A stretch of 64,000 nt of DNA, taken from positions 256,001 to 320,000 of the forward strand of contig CAWGJT010000005.1 in assembly GCA_963822965.1 (NCBI GenBank). Direction: 5' to 3'. Origin of the DNA: an uncultured delta proteobacterium (lineage in GTDB: Bacteria > Myxococcota_A > UBA9160 > UBA4427). A program made the position numbers and the translations under genes. Of this stretch, positions 1 through 11,079 are shown piece after piece. Under the pieces are notes generated by a model. It saw only the letters and a program-made list of their open reading frames with translations, did no database searches and was not told the origin of the DNA. Positions within the stretch are counted from its first letter, which is position 1; the number at the start of each line of letters is the position of its first letter.

Positions 1-129
1 CGCATGCTTCTGGCGCGGCTCACTCGGTGCATATGGGCCTCGGGGGGGTCGATCTCCACCAGTCGTCCACGCGCTCCGGCTCGGGGGTGCCGGGCGGACC
101 TCTCACGACCTTCGGAGCTACCCGGCGGC

Positions 130-145
130 TGGCACGAAGGTTGCT
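130..145 (+). promoter_or_regulatory. sigma-54 (-24/-12) promoter upstream of the HK/RR operon
   Basis: TGGCACGAAGGTTGCT matches TGGCAC-N5-TTGCW exactly. Confidence 0.8.
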
Positions 146-308
146 CTTCCCCCCCGGATGCCGAGGCTCCCCGAGCTTCGGGCCTGCCGCATGCCCGCTC
201 GACGACGATGCCGCACGGAGGAGGAAGGCGATTTCCACCATCCTGGGAAGCTCCGACTCGCGCCACCGTCTCGCTTCGCCCGAGGAGCCTGCGGGCGGCG
301 GAGGACAC

Positions 309-1738
309 GTCGTCTGGAGACGGCTGCTGCAGTACCCGAGCCAGGCGATCTTCTTCGCGCTCGCGGTGGTCTGTCTCGGCGGGTTCCTCCTCCTGGGAAG
401 CGTCGCGTGGCGCATGCCCCGACAGCTCGAGCGCATCGAGATCGAGATGCAGCACGGCGCCCATCTCGAGCAGGTGCGCGGGCTGCTGCAGCACCTGCTG
501 ACCGAGCAGCGGGCGGGTGCCGGGCAGCCGGACCCGATCGCCCTCGCCCAGCTGCGAAGCGAGCTGGCTGCCATGCGGGCGGGGTGGCTGGACCTCCGCC
601 TCCCGGAGAGCGAGCACTTGGACCGTTTGAGTGCGGCGCTCGCGAGCCCCGGAATCAAGGGTCGCGAGCTCGAATCGGCCGGGCGGATCCTCGACGAGAT
701 CGTGCACGAGGAGGCGAGCACCCGGGGCCAGCTCCTGGCCACGATGCGCGCAGACGCGCTTGCGGAGCTTCGCACGGCCACGGGGCTCTTCGTCGCGCTG
801 GCCCTTCTGGGTCTGGGCGGCGCGTGGACCGTCCAGCGGCGGGTGCTGCGTCCCCTCCAGGATCTGCAGGCCATGTTCCGCAAGCTCGCGGCCGGTGACT
901 TCGGCCCGGTGGCGCTCACCGGGGTGCATCCCGTGCTCACGCCGCTCTTCGACAACTACAACCGCCTGGTCACGCGGCTCCAGGAGCTGGAAGACGGAGC
1001 ACCGCTCCCGGGCCGAATCCCTCGAGAAGGAGGTGCGAGCGGCCAGCGAGACCCTCCTCGCCCAGCAGCGCAGCCTGACCCACGCCGAGCGCCTGGCCGC
1101 CGTGGGCGAGATGGCGGCCGGGCTCGCCCACGAGCTGCGCAACCCCATCGCCGGGGTCCAGATGGCCCTCGCGAACCTGCGCCGGGATCTCGACGACCCC
1201 CAGCTCGCGTCGCGACTCGAGCTGGCCATCGCCGAGCTCGAGCGCCTGACGCGACTGCTCAACCACCAGCTCTCCGCATCGCGCCACGTGCCGGAGCCTT
1301 CTCGGCGGCTCCACCTGCGTACGCTGGTGGACGATCTCCTCGCCCTACTGCGCTACCAGGTTCCCGCCCACATCCGGCTCGCGGCCCGGGTGGACGACGC
1401 CATACGGTGTCGACTGCCCCGCGACCGCGTCCGACAGGCGCTCCTCAACCTGGTGCTGAACTCCGTCCAGGCCATGGGCGACGAAGCCGGCCATGTCCGG
1501 GTCGACGCGCATCGAGAGGGAGAACGGGTCGTCCTCGTCGTGACGGACGATGGCCCCGGATTCCCGCCGGAGCTGGTGAAGGCGGGCAGCCCGCCCTTCG
1601 TCACGCACCGCAATGGCGGAACCGGTCTCGGGCTGGCCATGGTGCGCCGACTGGCGATGGACCTGGGCGGACAGCTCTCCCTCGAGAACCTGGACCCTCG
1701 CGGCGCCCGCGTGCGCCTCGAGCTGCCCTGTGAAGACG

Positions 1739-1746
<8 letters not shown>
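309..1746 (+). CDS. membrane sensor histidine kinase (NtrB-like, HAMP); frameshift near 990, start approximate
   Basis: Two TM segments in the 27..1733 frame; H-box GLAHELRNPI, N-box LLNLVLNS, DDGPG and GTGLGL in the 631..1746 frame. Confidence 0.85.
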
Positions 1747-3119
<1,373 letters not shown>

Positions 3120-3123
<4 letters not shown>

Positions 3124-4412
3124 CCGCGCGCCAGCCGGATCTCGCGTCCCGTGACGAGTCGCCAGGCTCCCTCCGCGCCGAAGGCCAGCACGAGGAGGCC
3201 GGCGAGGAGCTCGAGCTGTCGGGGCGCGGTCGCGGCGGAGTGCCACACGAGGACGCCGAGACAGCCCAGGCAGGCCAGCACGCCCAGGGCGCAGATCGGC
3301 CAGCATGCCCCCACGTCTCGCGCGAGGCGCGCCCCGGCGGCATTCACCGCGGCGAAGACCAACAGGAAGCCGGCGCTTCCCAGCGCCGACACGCTCGACA
3401 GGCTGAGCGTGTTGGTCAGCACCACCGCGGCCAGGGCCGTGAGAAAGAGCCCTTCGAGCGGCTCGTCCCACGCCTTGCGTTCGAGGGACGCCGGAAGCTC
3501 CCCGTCGCGGGCGATTCCATAGGCCAGGCGGGCGGCGCCATAGAGGGTCGCGTTGATCGCCGAAGCCGTGGAGAGCAGCGCAGCGACGGCGATCAGCCCG
3601 AAGCCGGCACGACCCAGGAAGGGGCGCGCGGCCTCGGCGAGCGCGTAGTCGCGGGCGTTCACGATCGCCGCCGGCGCCAGGCGCCCGACCGCCACCGCGG
3701 CGATCGCCACGTAGAGCAGGGTCACGAAGAGGACCGATCCGTACAACGCACGGGGCAGCGTGCGGCTCGGATCGCGGACGTCGTTCGCGGCGTTGGCGAT
3801 GAGCTCGAAGCCCTCATAGGCCACGAAGATCATCATGCCGCCGGCCAGCACGTGGGTCGACGGAGGCCACGCCGCCGGCGAGATGCGGGCCGTGTCCACT
3901 CCCGCCAGCCCGACGACCACGAAGAGGAGCAGAATCGAGAGCTTGATCGCGACGATGCCGCCCTCCGCGTCGCCCACGGCGCGCGCGCCGAACAGGTTGA
4001 GGAGGGTCAGCGCGAGCAGGATGAACGTGGACAGGGCATGGCGCACCAGGTCGCCGCCGGTGTCGGGCAGGAGCGAGGCGCCGTAGGCCCCGAACGCGTG
4101 GGCGTAGAGGGCGAGCATCACGATGTAGCTGAGCCACAGCAGCATGTTCAGGCCGCCGGTCCAGAAGCCCGACCCGAACGCACGATCCAGGAACGCCACG
4201 GTGCCCCCCTGACTGGGAAGCGCCACGCACAGATGGGCGTACGAGTAGGCGGTGAGCCCCGCGACCACGCCCCCGAGCGCGAAGGCCGCAGCCGTCGCTC
4301 CGCCGGCCAGCTGCACCGCCAGACCCAGCACCGCGAAGATGCCGCCGCCCACCATGCCGCCCACGCCGATGGAGGCGGTCTCCCAGACTCCCAGTCCGGA
4401 GCGTCGGGACAC
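3120..4412 (-). CDS. APC family amino acid permease
   Basis: GVGGMVGGGIF and FVAYEGFE motifs, about 12 hydrophobic segments. Confidence 0.9.
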
Positions 4413-4418
4413 GACGCT

Positions 4419-4613
4419 CTACCCCTGCGCCGCGGCGGCTGCGCCGGCACCGCAGCGCGCACTGGATCTCCAGCCATCATCCCGGGGGCGTCTACGACGG
4501 CGAGCTCGGCAGGCATGCCGAGCTCGCGCGCACGCCGGCGCGTTCTCCCAGGCCCCTGCCCGCGAACGGGCATCGGGACCTTCGAAGGAGACGATGTGGA
4601 ACTGGAACTGCAT
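4419..4613 (-). pseudogene. short ORF, possibly a truncated glycosyltransferase N-terminus
   Basis: Good RBS (GAGAGGAG); start MQFQFHIVSFEGPDARSRAG, then low-complexity sequence. Confidence 0.35.
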
Positions 4614-4661
4614 GGAGAAGGCTCCTCTCGAGCCGGGCTTCCGAGCCGGCGACCGGCCGGC

Positions 4662-5105
4662 TCAGTCCCGGTCGTGGTCCCCGCGGCCCTCCTCGGGCAC
4701 CCCGACCCAGTCGCCGGGCCAGCCGTAGGGCAGTCCGCCGTACCAGTATCCGTCCACAGCCGTCCAGTCGTCCCAGTCGTCGAGCGCCTGGCGCTGGCGG
4801 ACCGATGCGAGATAGGTCTCCTGCATGTAGTCGATGACGGGATCCGGCACGCCCTCGTCGTGCAGCTTCGAGAGCTGGCCCGCGGTGAGCCGGTAGACGG
4901 TGCCCGATTCGCGCATCTTCGAGACGATCTCCGGCGCGGGCTGGCCTGCTCGGCTCATGGCGAGCACCTGGTCGACGGTCACCGGCGCAGGACGACCGAA
5001 GCCGAGGGTGGTGCAGCCGGCCAGGAGCAGCACGACCGTCACCGCGACTGCCAGGTGCCGCACGATCCGAGCTTCCCGGCTCGGTCCCCTCGTTCGGAAG
5101 CGCAT
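4662..5105 (-). CDS. putative lipoprotein, hypothetical
   Basis: RBS GAGAGGAGAGG, lipobox LLAGC, helical domain with LHDEGVPDPVIDYM. Confidence 0.75.
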   Translation of the reverse strand: MRFRTRGPSREARIVRHLAVAVTVVLLLAGCTTLGFGRPAPVTVDQVLAMSRAGQPAPEIVSKMRESGTVYRLTAGQLSKLHDEGVPDPVIDYMQETYLASVRQRQALDDWDDWTAVDGYWYGGLPYGWPGDWVGVPEEGRGDHDRD

Positions 5106-5203
5106 GCTGCCTCTCCTCTCGTGTCTTCGGGCGCGAGTTCCACGGCAGGAGCAACCTCGGCATCCCGCAAGGTCACGACCCCACCACCTCGAAGCGACGG
5201 GGT

Positions 5204-5219
5204 TGCATTCGCCGTGCCA
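5204..5219 (-). promoter_or_regulatory. sigma-54 promoter for the lipoprotein (and possibly downstream genes)
   Basis: Minus strand TGGCACGGCGAATGCA, GG-N10-GC spacing. Confidence 0.7.
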
Positions 5220-5387
5220 TGTCCGGGCCGCGCTGTACCTGCCGCCGGACCGGCAGGGAGGCCGACGCCAGCAAGCGCCGGCGGTCGACTTCGACCGCGC
5301 CGGTCCGTCTGAGCCACAGAGCTCATCCCCGACCGCCTTGGGGGGAGCCGGAAGGGACGGCCCGAGCGGGCCGTCCCCCGTCTCGGC

Positions 5388-6878
5388 TCAGCGCGCAGAC
5401 AGCGCGTAGCCGTCGACCCCATCGCCCGGGTAGTACCGCTCGTCCCAGGGATAGTCGACGCCTTCGACCGTGACGCGATTGTCGATCCAGCGCACACCGT
5501 CCGTGAGCGCAGCGATGCGACCCGCCTCGAGGCGCTCGTCCCAGGTCGATACGTTCCCGGTCAGCCGACCCACCCCGTCGTCGACGCTGACCCGGATGCG
5601 GTCGGCCACCCAACGGGTCTCGCCGTCCCGGTGCAGTCGTTCGCGGATGCGCGTGGCGAGCTCGGTGTCGCTGAAGCGCGGCACCCAGTCGACGCGCAGG
5701 TGATCCGCGACCTCGACGACTCCGGGAACCCGGGAAGCCACGTCGACCGCATGGCTCCGCTCGCGATAGCTCGTCGTGCTGCCGGAGAGCGTCACCACGC
5801 CGTCGTTCACCCGAACACCGAGCTCGTGGCCGTGCAGCATGTAGTCCTCGTCGAAGCGACTCAGGATGTGGCTTCGGATCGCGTCATCGCTGCGCCAACC
5901 GGGCCGGACCTGCAGGTGATTGGTCACCCATGCCACGCCTGCGACGTCCAGGCCGTCCTTCGAAGCCCGCAGCTTCTGCTCGTAGGTGGGCAGCGTACCG
6001 CGCAGGGTCACGTCCCCCTCCGAGGCAGTGACCTCGATCTCGAAGGGGTGGGCGATGCGCAGATCCTCGTAGAGAACGTCTCTCACGGCGCGGGCGAGCT
6101 CCGCGTCGCTCGGCATCGGAGGCGCCTTGCGCACGCCGGGATCCTCCCACCACTCCACGGCGAGATCGTTCTTCACGTCCCGCACGTTCGCGACCCACGC
6201 CGCCTCGGCCGCCCGCTCCCGCTCGTAGGCGTTCCCGACCGAGCCGTTCAGAGTGACCCTTCCTTCGCGGACCGAGACCTCGATCGGCAGCCCCACCAGA
6301 TAGGCGTCGCGACCGATGGCCGAGACGATGTCCCGTCGGATGGCGTCGTCGGAGCGGCTGGACGGATACTCCAGGGTGAGCTCGTTGCGGACCTCGCGTA
6401 CGCCTCGCACCTCGGACGCGAGCAGCTCCGCCTCCTGCTTCTCGCTGAATCCCCCGACGCTTCCGCTCAAGATGACGATCCCGTCCTTCACGTCCACGTC
6501 GAGCCCTCGCAAGCTCATGTCGACCCGATCCCACAGGCGCGCGACCACGTCCGCGGCGATGTCGGAGTCCGGCCGCTCGTCGGGCCGAACGCTCACCTCG
6601 TCGATCACGCCTCGCACGCCGGCCAGCTTCTTCGCTTCGCGATCCGCGAAGCGCTTGGCGGCGAGCTCGTGCACGGTGCCCCGCAGCGTCACGATTCCGT
6701 CCAGGGTCGTCACCTCGATGGCGGAGTCGCCCACCCGAGGGTCGTCCCGGACCGCTTCCTTGACGCGCGCGTCGATGACCGCATCGGTCGGCCGCGCCGC
6801 CGCGACGGACGGCAGTGCGAAGAGGAGCACCACCGCGAGAAAGGCCAGGAGTGCTCCGACTCGGCATCTTCCCTTCAT
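5388..6878 (-). CDS. secreted protein with six BON domains
   Basis: Signal peptide followed by six ~70-aa repeats (D..I...V....GxVxLxG...GVxxVxNxLxV). Confidence 0.9.
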   Translation of the reverse strand: MKGRCRVGALLAFLAVVLLFALPSVAAARPTDAVIDARVKEAVRDDPRVGDSAIEVTTLDGIVTLRGTVHELAAKRFADREAKKLAGVRGVIDEVSVRPDERPDSDIAADVVARLWDRVDMSLRGLDVDVKDGIVILSGSVGGFSEKQEAELLASEVRGVREVRNELTLEYPSSRSDDAIRRDIVSAIGRDAYLVGLPIEVSVREGRVTLNGSVGNAYERERAAEAAWVANVRDVKNDLAVEWWEDPGVRKAPPMPSDAELARAVRDVLYEDLRIAHPFEIEVTASEGDVTLRGTLPTYEQKLRASKDGLDVAGVAWVTNHLQVRPGWRSDDAIRSHILSRFDEDYMLHGHELGVRVNDGVVTLSGSTTSYRERSHAVDVASRVPGVVEVADHLRVDWVPRFSDTELATRIRERLHRDGETRWVADRIRVSVDDGVGRLTGNVSTWDERLEAGRIAALTDGVRWIDNRVTVEGVDYPWDERYYPGDGVDGYALSAR

Positions 6879-7002
6879 GCCGGCCTCTCCTTCCACCCTG
6901 TCGTCTGCCCGAACGCCTTCCCGTACGCTGTCGTTTCTCATCATGATGTGGCTCCCCCTGCCCGGTCGTCGTGCGCACCACGCGCGCGCTGTCGGGACGA
7001 GG

Positions 7003-7018
7003 AGCAGGAATCGTGCCA
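7003..7018 (-). promoter_or_regulatory. sigma-54 promoter for the BON gene
   Basis: Minus strand TGGCACGATTCCTGCT. Confidence 0.7.
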
Positions 7019-7228
7019 GTCGCCTCCGAGGCTGCGGTCCCGGCGGCAGGCTCTTGGAGGAGCGCCCGTCGAGCCCGCGGCGCGGTGGCCGCCCGGACGA
7101 CGAAGGGTGTGGCCACCGGCCGCCGCTGCGTGCAGGCGGCTGGCCGAGATCGACCGCCAAGGCCCAGATCCACCCGATCCGCTCCGCCGGCGACGTCTCC
7201 CCGGCCCGAAGGAGGCCTCCCATCCCGA

Positions 7229-7244
7229 CGGCACGCCTGTTGCA
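7229..7244 (+). promoter_or_regulatory. sigma-54 promoter for the hdeA-like gene
   Basis: CGGCACGCCTGTTGCA, GG-N10-GC spacing. Confidence 0.7.
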
Positions 7245-7339
7245 GTGGCCTCGTCTCGCGCCGGAACGATCCGCGCGCACAACGCGGGACGACACCGGAA
7301 GAGATCGGGTCGCCCGCACGAGTCGGGAGGTGATTCGTC

Positions 7340-7690
7340 ATGAAGAAGTCCACTTCGTTGCTGCGGTCCCTGGCGGTTCCGGGGATCGTCGCCGTCGCGA
7401 CCCTGGGTCTTGCAACGGCATCGCTCGCCGCGGGGTCTCACGACACCAAGGACGGAAAGACCGCGAAGCCCATGAAGGCCAAGGAGATCACCTGCGAGCA
7501 GTTCCTGGACCTCGGCACCGAGGTCCAGCCCCACGTGGTCTACTGGCTCGAGGGCTACTCAAAGGCCGGAAAGCCGGAGGACGCCGAGATCGACGTGGAG
7601 GAGCTGGAGCGACCCGTCACGGTCGTCGTGACCGAATGTCGCAACACGCCGAAGGCCACCGTCTGGGAGAAGATCGAGAAGTACTTCTAG
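7340..7690 (+). CDS. hdeA: HdeA/HdeB family periplasmic acid-stress chaperone
   Basis: RBS GGGAGG, signal peptide, TCEQFLDL...QP...KPEDAEIDV...EC pattern like HdeA (TCEDFL, KPEDAVLDV). Confidence 0.8.
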   Translation: MKKSTSLLRSLAVPGIVAVATLGLATASLAAGSHDTKDGKTAKPMKAKEITCEQFLDLGTEVQPHVVYWLEGYSKAGKPEDAEIDVEELERPVTVVVTECRNTPKATVWEKIEKYF

Positions 7691-7891
7691 CGGCGGGAGC
7701 CGCCGAGGACCCCCGCGCAGACCCGACGCGACACGACGGTCGGGTCCGCGCGGGAATCCGAAGCGGGGAGCGCTCCGAAGGGGAATCCTCATGCCTCCCG
7801 GCCGGCACCCGCGGCACGCGAGCCGCTCGCCCTGGCGCGGGTCGACCCGCGAGACACACCGTCACGTCCATGAGGCAAGGAGAGGCGGTCC

Positions 7892-8122
7892 GTGAAGACC
7901 TTCCTCCGCATCGCTGCCGCGATCCTCTGCGTGATCGCGCTCTACTACCTGGTCGTGGTGCTGGCGCGCAGCGTCGCCGAGGAGCGGGTCGGCGTCGCGC
8001 CGTCCCGGGGCTCCGGTCCCCCGCAGACGGCGACGACCCGGAGGCCCGACTCGAAGCCACCGGATCGACCCGCCTGCCCGGCTCAGGCGGCGTGGATCGC
8101 CGTCTCAAGCGCCTTGGCCTGA
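7892..8122 (+). CDS. small membrane protein, hypothetical
   Basis: RBS AAGGAGAGG, N-terminal TM helix. Confidence 0.45.
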   Translation: MKTFLRIAAAILCVIALYYLVVVLARSVAEERVGVAPSRGSGPPQTATTRRPDSKPPDRPACPAQAAWIAVSSALA

Positions 8123-8604
8123 TCCATGACGTCCCGGGCCCGGCCCACCTCTTCCAGTGTGCCGTGCGCCACCAGCAGGTACTTGTCCGAGCGCAGGGCG
8201 GTCTCGTAGCGCAGCACGCTGTCCCGGGGAATCCCGATGCTGTAGAGACCGGCTCCGATCGCGCTCAGCCCGCCCACCACCGCGGCGCCCTCCAGGGCCC
8301 CGACGATCGCCGAGACCAGTGGGCCACCCACGAGCACCGCGCCGATGCCGGGCACCCAGAAGAACGCGGCGCCGAAGAGCACGCCCCACAGCCCGCCCCA
8401 GAAGGCGCCGAGCTTCCCCCAGTAGGCCATCCGGTCGCCGGCGTTGTAGTAGCCAACCACGTGCTGCTCGGTGTGGTAATCCTTCCCGATGATCGACAGT
8501 TGCTTCATGGAGAAGCCCGAGCGCTCCAGGGCCTTCACCGCGTCCTCCGCCTTCAGGTGCGAATCGAACACGCCCACGACGGAGTTCTTCTTCGGCTCAC
8601 TCAT
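8083..8604 (-). CDS. general stress protein (DUF1269/YflT-17M-like, glycine zipper)
   Basis: VVGVFDSHxxAEDAVxxL...LSIIGKD, glycine-rich TM region, LYSIGIP...YE. Confidence 0.85.
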   Translation of the reverse strand: MSEPKKNSVVGVFDSHLKAEDAVKALERSGFSMKQLSIIGKDYHTEQHVVGYYNAGDRMAYWGKLGAFWGGLWGVLFGAAFFWVPGIGAVLVGGPLVSAIVGALEGAAVVGGLSAIGAGLYSIGIPRDSVLRYETALRSDKYLLVAHGTLEEVGRARDVMDQAKALETAIHAA

Positions 8605-8659
8605 GTCTTCCTCCTTCGGGCCGCAGGAACGTCTGCCTGGCCCGTCTCCCTCCCGGGAG

Positions 8660-8675
8660 AGCAAGGGACGTGCCA
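8660..8675 (-). promoter_or_regulatory. sigma-54 promoter for the general stress gene
   Basis: Minus strand TGGCACGTCCCTTGCT, perfect consensus. Confidence 0.8.
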
Positions 8676-8872
8676 GGGAGCGGGCCGGCTTCTGCCGCTC
8701 CCGCGTGCAGGGCGGGGTCCAGATCGACCGCCGGAGGCCGAAATCGACCGCCGCGCGCCTGGACGCAGCCGGTCAGGCATGCTCTCCAGCGTCCGCGAGG
8801 ATCACTCCGCCATGGCGCGGACGTGACCGCTGGGTTCGAGCGGATCCGGCTCCTCTTCGTCCTCGGGGTCGC

Positions 8873-9457
8873 TCAGGGCGTGCGGGCCGTCCGCTCGGCG
8901 AAGAGGGCCTGCTCGAGCGCCGCGTAGAACTGCTGGTATGCGCCGGGGTCCTCGACCGGGCGCAGGTAGTACTGCGCCGAGGCGCGCACGATCAGCTGCA
9001 GGGCGTTGCGGGCCCGCACGGTCACCGTGAGGCGCACGAGGTCGCTGCGGCGCTGGAAGGGACCCCAGGTGCGGTAGGAGCGGTTGAAGACCACGAGGCT
9101 CTCGTCGTCGTAGAGCAGATAGGTGGGCAGTCCGCCGGCCCCCGGACGTTCGGCGTCGAGGAACTTCTTGCCCGAGACGATTCCCAGCGTCTCGTCGAGC
9201 ACCTCGATCTGGAAGCCCAGATCCTGGAAGGTCGCCACGACCGCCTCGATCATCTGCAACCGATCGGTCTCGTCAAAGACGCGGCTCTGGGCGTTGCGGA
9301 TCTTCACCTGGCTCGCCTCGGAGAGCCAGATCTGGCTGCGCGAATCGCTCTGGATCTCGTGGCGCTGCTCGTAGGGGACGCAGCCGCTCGCCAGGAGCGC
9401 TGCCAGCCCGCAGGCGGCGACGATCCTTCGCGCGGACCCGCTCGGGTGGATACCCAT
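8873..9457 (-). CDS. lipoprotein, paralog 3 of operon
   Basis: Lipobox LASGC; QSRVFD...FQDLGFQI...LGIVSGKK; YQQFY. Confidence 0.8.
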   Translation of the reverse strand: MGIHPSGSARRIVAACGLAALLASGCVPYEQRHEIQSDSRSQIWLSEASQVKIRNAQSRVFDETDRLQMIEAVVATFQDLGFQIEVLDETLGIVSGKKFLDAERPGAGGLPTYLLYDDESLVVFNRSYRTWGPFQRRSDLVRLTVTVRARNALQLIVRASAQYYLRPVEDPGAYQQFYAALEQALFAERTARTP

Positions 9458-9461
9458 GCGG

Positions 9462-9902
9462 TCAGTTCCGATCGGCGAAGAACGACCGCTCGAGGGTCGT
9501 GAAGAAGTTGCGGTAGACCTCCGGGTCGGTCACGGGCTCGTTGTCGAAGATCGCGTTGGCGCGGATCGTGATCTGCTCGTCGTTGAGCTTGCGCACCGTG
9601 ACCGTGACGCCGACGACGTCGTAGTAGTTCGGCTCGGCGAAGCGGGCGGCGGTGACGAGACCCAGCGGCTCGTTGGCGCGCTCGATGATGAAGCCCAGGT
9701 CCTGCAGTGCCGCGATCACTCCGCGCATCGCGGTGAGCCGGTCGGAGATGTCGAAGGTCCGCGTCTGCAGGTTGCGCAGCTTCATCTGCTCTTCGGTCAC
9801 CGCGAGCAGGGCCTCGGGCTCGGGCGGCGGAGACGCGCAGGCGGCGAGCCCGGCGGCGGCGACGAGCCCGGCGATGGCGGGGCGGATCCAGCGTGCACCC
9901 AT
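9462..9902 (-). CDS. lipoprotein, paralog 2 of operon
   Basis: Lipobox LAAC; QTRTFD...LQDLGFII...LGLVTAAR; YRNFF. Confidence 0.8.
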   Translation of the reverse strand: MGARWIRPAIAGLVAAAGLAACASPPPEPEALLAVTEEQMKLRNLQTRTFDISDRLTAMRGVIAALQDLGFIIERANEPLGLVTAARFAEPNYYDVVGVTVTVRKLNDEQITIRANAIFDNEPVTDPEVYRNFFTTLERSFFADRN

Positions 9903-9922
9903 GGCGAATCCAATCCTCCCCT

Positions 9923-10591
9923 TCAGATCTTGTGGGCCTCGAGGAAGACCGCCTTGGAGAGCCGCGCGAAGAACTGCTGGTAGATCTCGGCGTCCCGGAT
10001 CATCTCCATCTTCTGCTCGCCGGGCGGGATCACCTGATCGCCGCTCACGCCGTCGCCCTTCCAGACGAGCCGATAGAAGACGACGCGCAGCTGCTGGCGC
10101 TTGTCGTCGGCCTGGAGGGGCTGCGCGACGAGCGACGCGTTGATCTGCTGCTGCAGGTCGACGGGGAGCACCACCAGGACGCTGCGCCCGCCGAACCCGC
10201 TCAACACGAGCGTGAGGAAGGCGACGACGTCGCGTCGGATCTCCTGCCCGTACTCGCGCGCGCTGCGCTCCTTGGCGGCCCGCAGGAAGCCGAGCTCGCG
10301 GTTGCTCTCGGTGACCTGGAAGCCGAGGTCCTGCAGCACCGCCGCGGAGGCCGAGAGCAGCTCGTCCGAGCTGGGCGTCTCGAAGCGACGCGTCTGCATC
10401 GCCTTGTGGGCGGGGCTCTCGGGAGACAAGGTGAAGAGCGCGAGCGGCGTGGTCTTCGGACCCGCGCAGCCCGCCAGCAGGACGCCAGCCAGGGCGGCGG
10501 TCAGGGTGACGGCGGTGAGCCGGGCCCCGCGGCTTGCCCCGCTAGAACTGCGAGTAGTTGTACGCAAAGTCCCGCACCTTCTTGTCCTCAT
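9923..10591 (-). CDS. lipoprotein, paralog 1 of operon (true start uncertain, maybe near 10540)
   Basis: Lipobox LLAGC; QTRRFE...LQDLGFQV...LGFLRAAK; YQQFF. Confidence 0.8.
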   Translation of the reverse strand: MRTRRCGTLRTTTRSSSGASRGARLTAVTLTAALAGVLLAGCAGPKTTPLALFTLSPESPAHKAMQTRRFETPSSDELLSASAAVLQDLGFQVTESNRELGFLRAAKERSAREYGQEIRRDVVAFLTLVLSGFGGRSVLVVLPVDLQQQINASLVAQPLQADDKRQQLRVVFYRLVWKGDGVSGDQVIPPGEQKMEMIRDAEIYQQFFARLSKAVFLEAHKI

Positions 10592-10955
10592 CGAACTTGA
10601 TGATGATGGTGAGGGTCTTCTGGGTCTTGGTGCGCTGCTTCTGACTCGACGAGCCGCCGAAGATGATGATCGAGCCGCCGACCGAGTTGGAGGTGTCCAC
10701 GCTGTCGGATGACACCTTGTCGTAGATCCAGACCTCCCGGCGCTTCTCGTCGGTGGTGACGATGTTGGGCGAGCCGAGGATCTCGGCGACCGAGGCGGCG
10801 TCCATGCCCACCTTGATCTCGCCCTGGACCTTGCCCACGGTGAGCTGCTCGGCGGCCTCGGCGGGCGGTGCGGGATGCCGGCAGCCGGCCGCGAGCAGAA
10901 CGGAGACGACGAGGACGGCCAGCGCGAGGGGTCGGACGGCGCGGAATCGCTTCAT
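10542..10955 (-). CDS. SmpA/OmlA (BamE-like) lipoprotein
   Basis: RBS AAGGAG, lipobox LAAGC, IKVGM...V...LGSP...WIY...LTIIIKFDEDKKV. Confidence 0.8.
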   Translation of the reverse strand: MKRFRAVRPLALAVLVVSVLLAAGCRHPAPPAEAAEQLTVGKVQGEIKVGMDAASVAEILGSPNIVTTDEKRREVWIYDKVSSDSVDTSNSVGGSIIIFGGSSSQKQRTKTQKTLTIIIKFDEDKKVRDFAYNYSQF

Positions 10956-10966
10956 GGCGGAGCTCT

Positions 10967-10996
10967 CCTTGCGAAGTCCTTGCGAAGTGCTTGCGA
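10967..10996. repeat. 11-bp direct repeat x2.7 upstream of the lipoprotein operon
   Basis: CCTTGCGAAGT CCTTGCGAAGT GCTTGCGA. Confidence 0.7.
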
Positions 10997-11079
10997 CGGA
11001 GCAGGAACGACCCGATGGGCCGCAACTCACGGAAGTATGACCGACCGGGAGGTAGGGTGCCGCGCGCCCGGGCCCGGAC

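Noticed and set aside
7812..7827. Sixth sigma-54 promoter CGGCACGCGAGCCGCT
   Set aside because: Spacing is right but the -12 element (CCGC) is too degenerate to count
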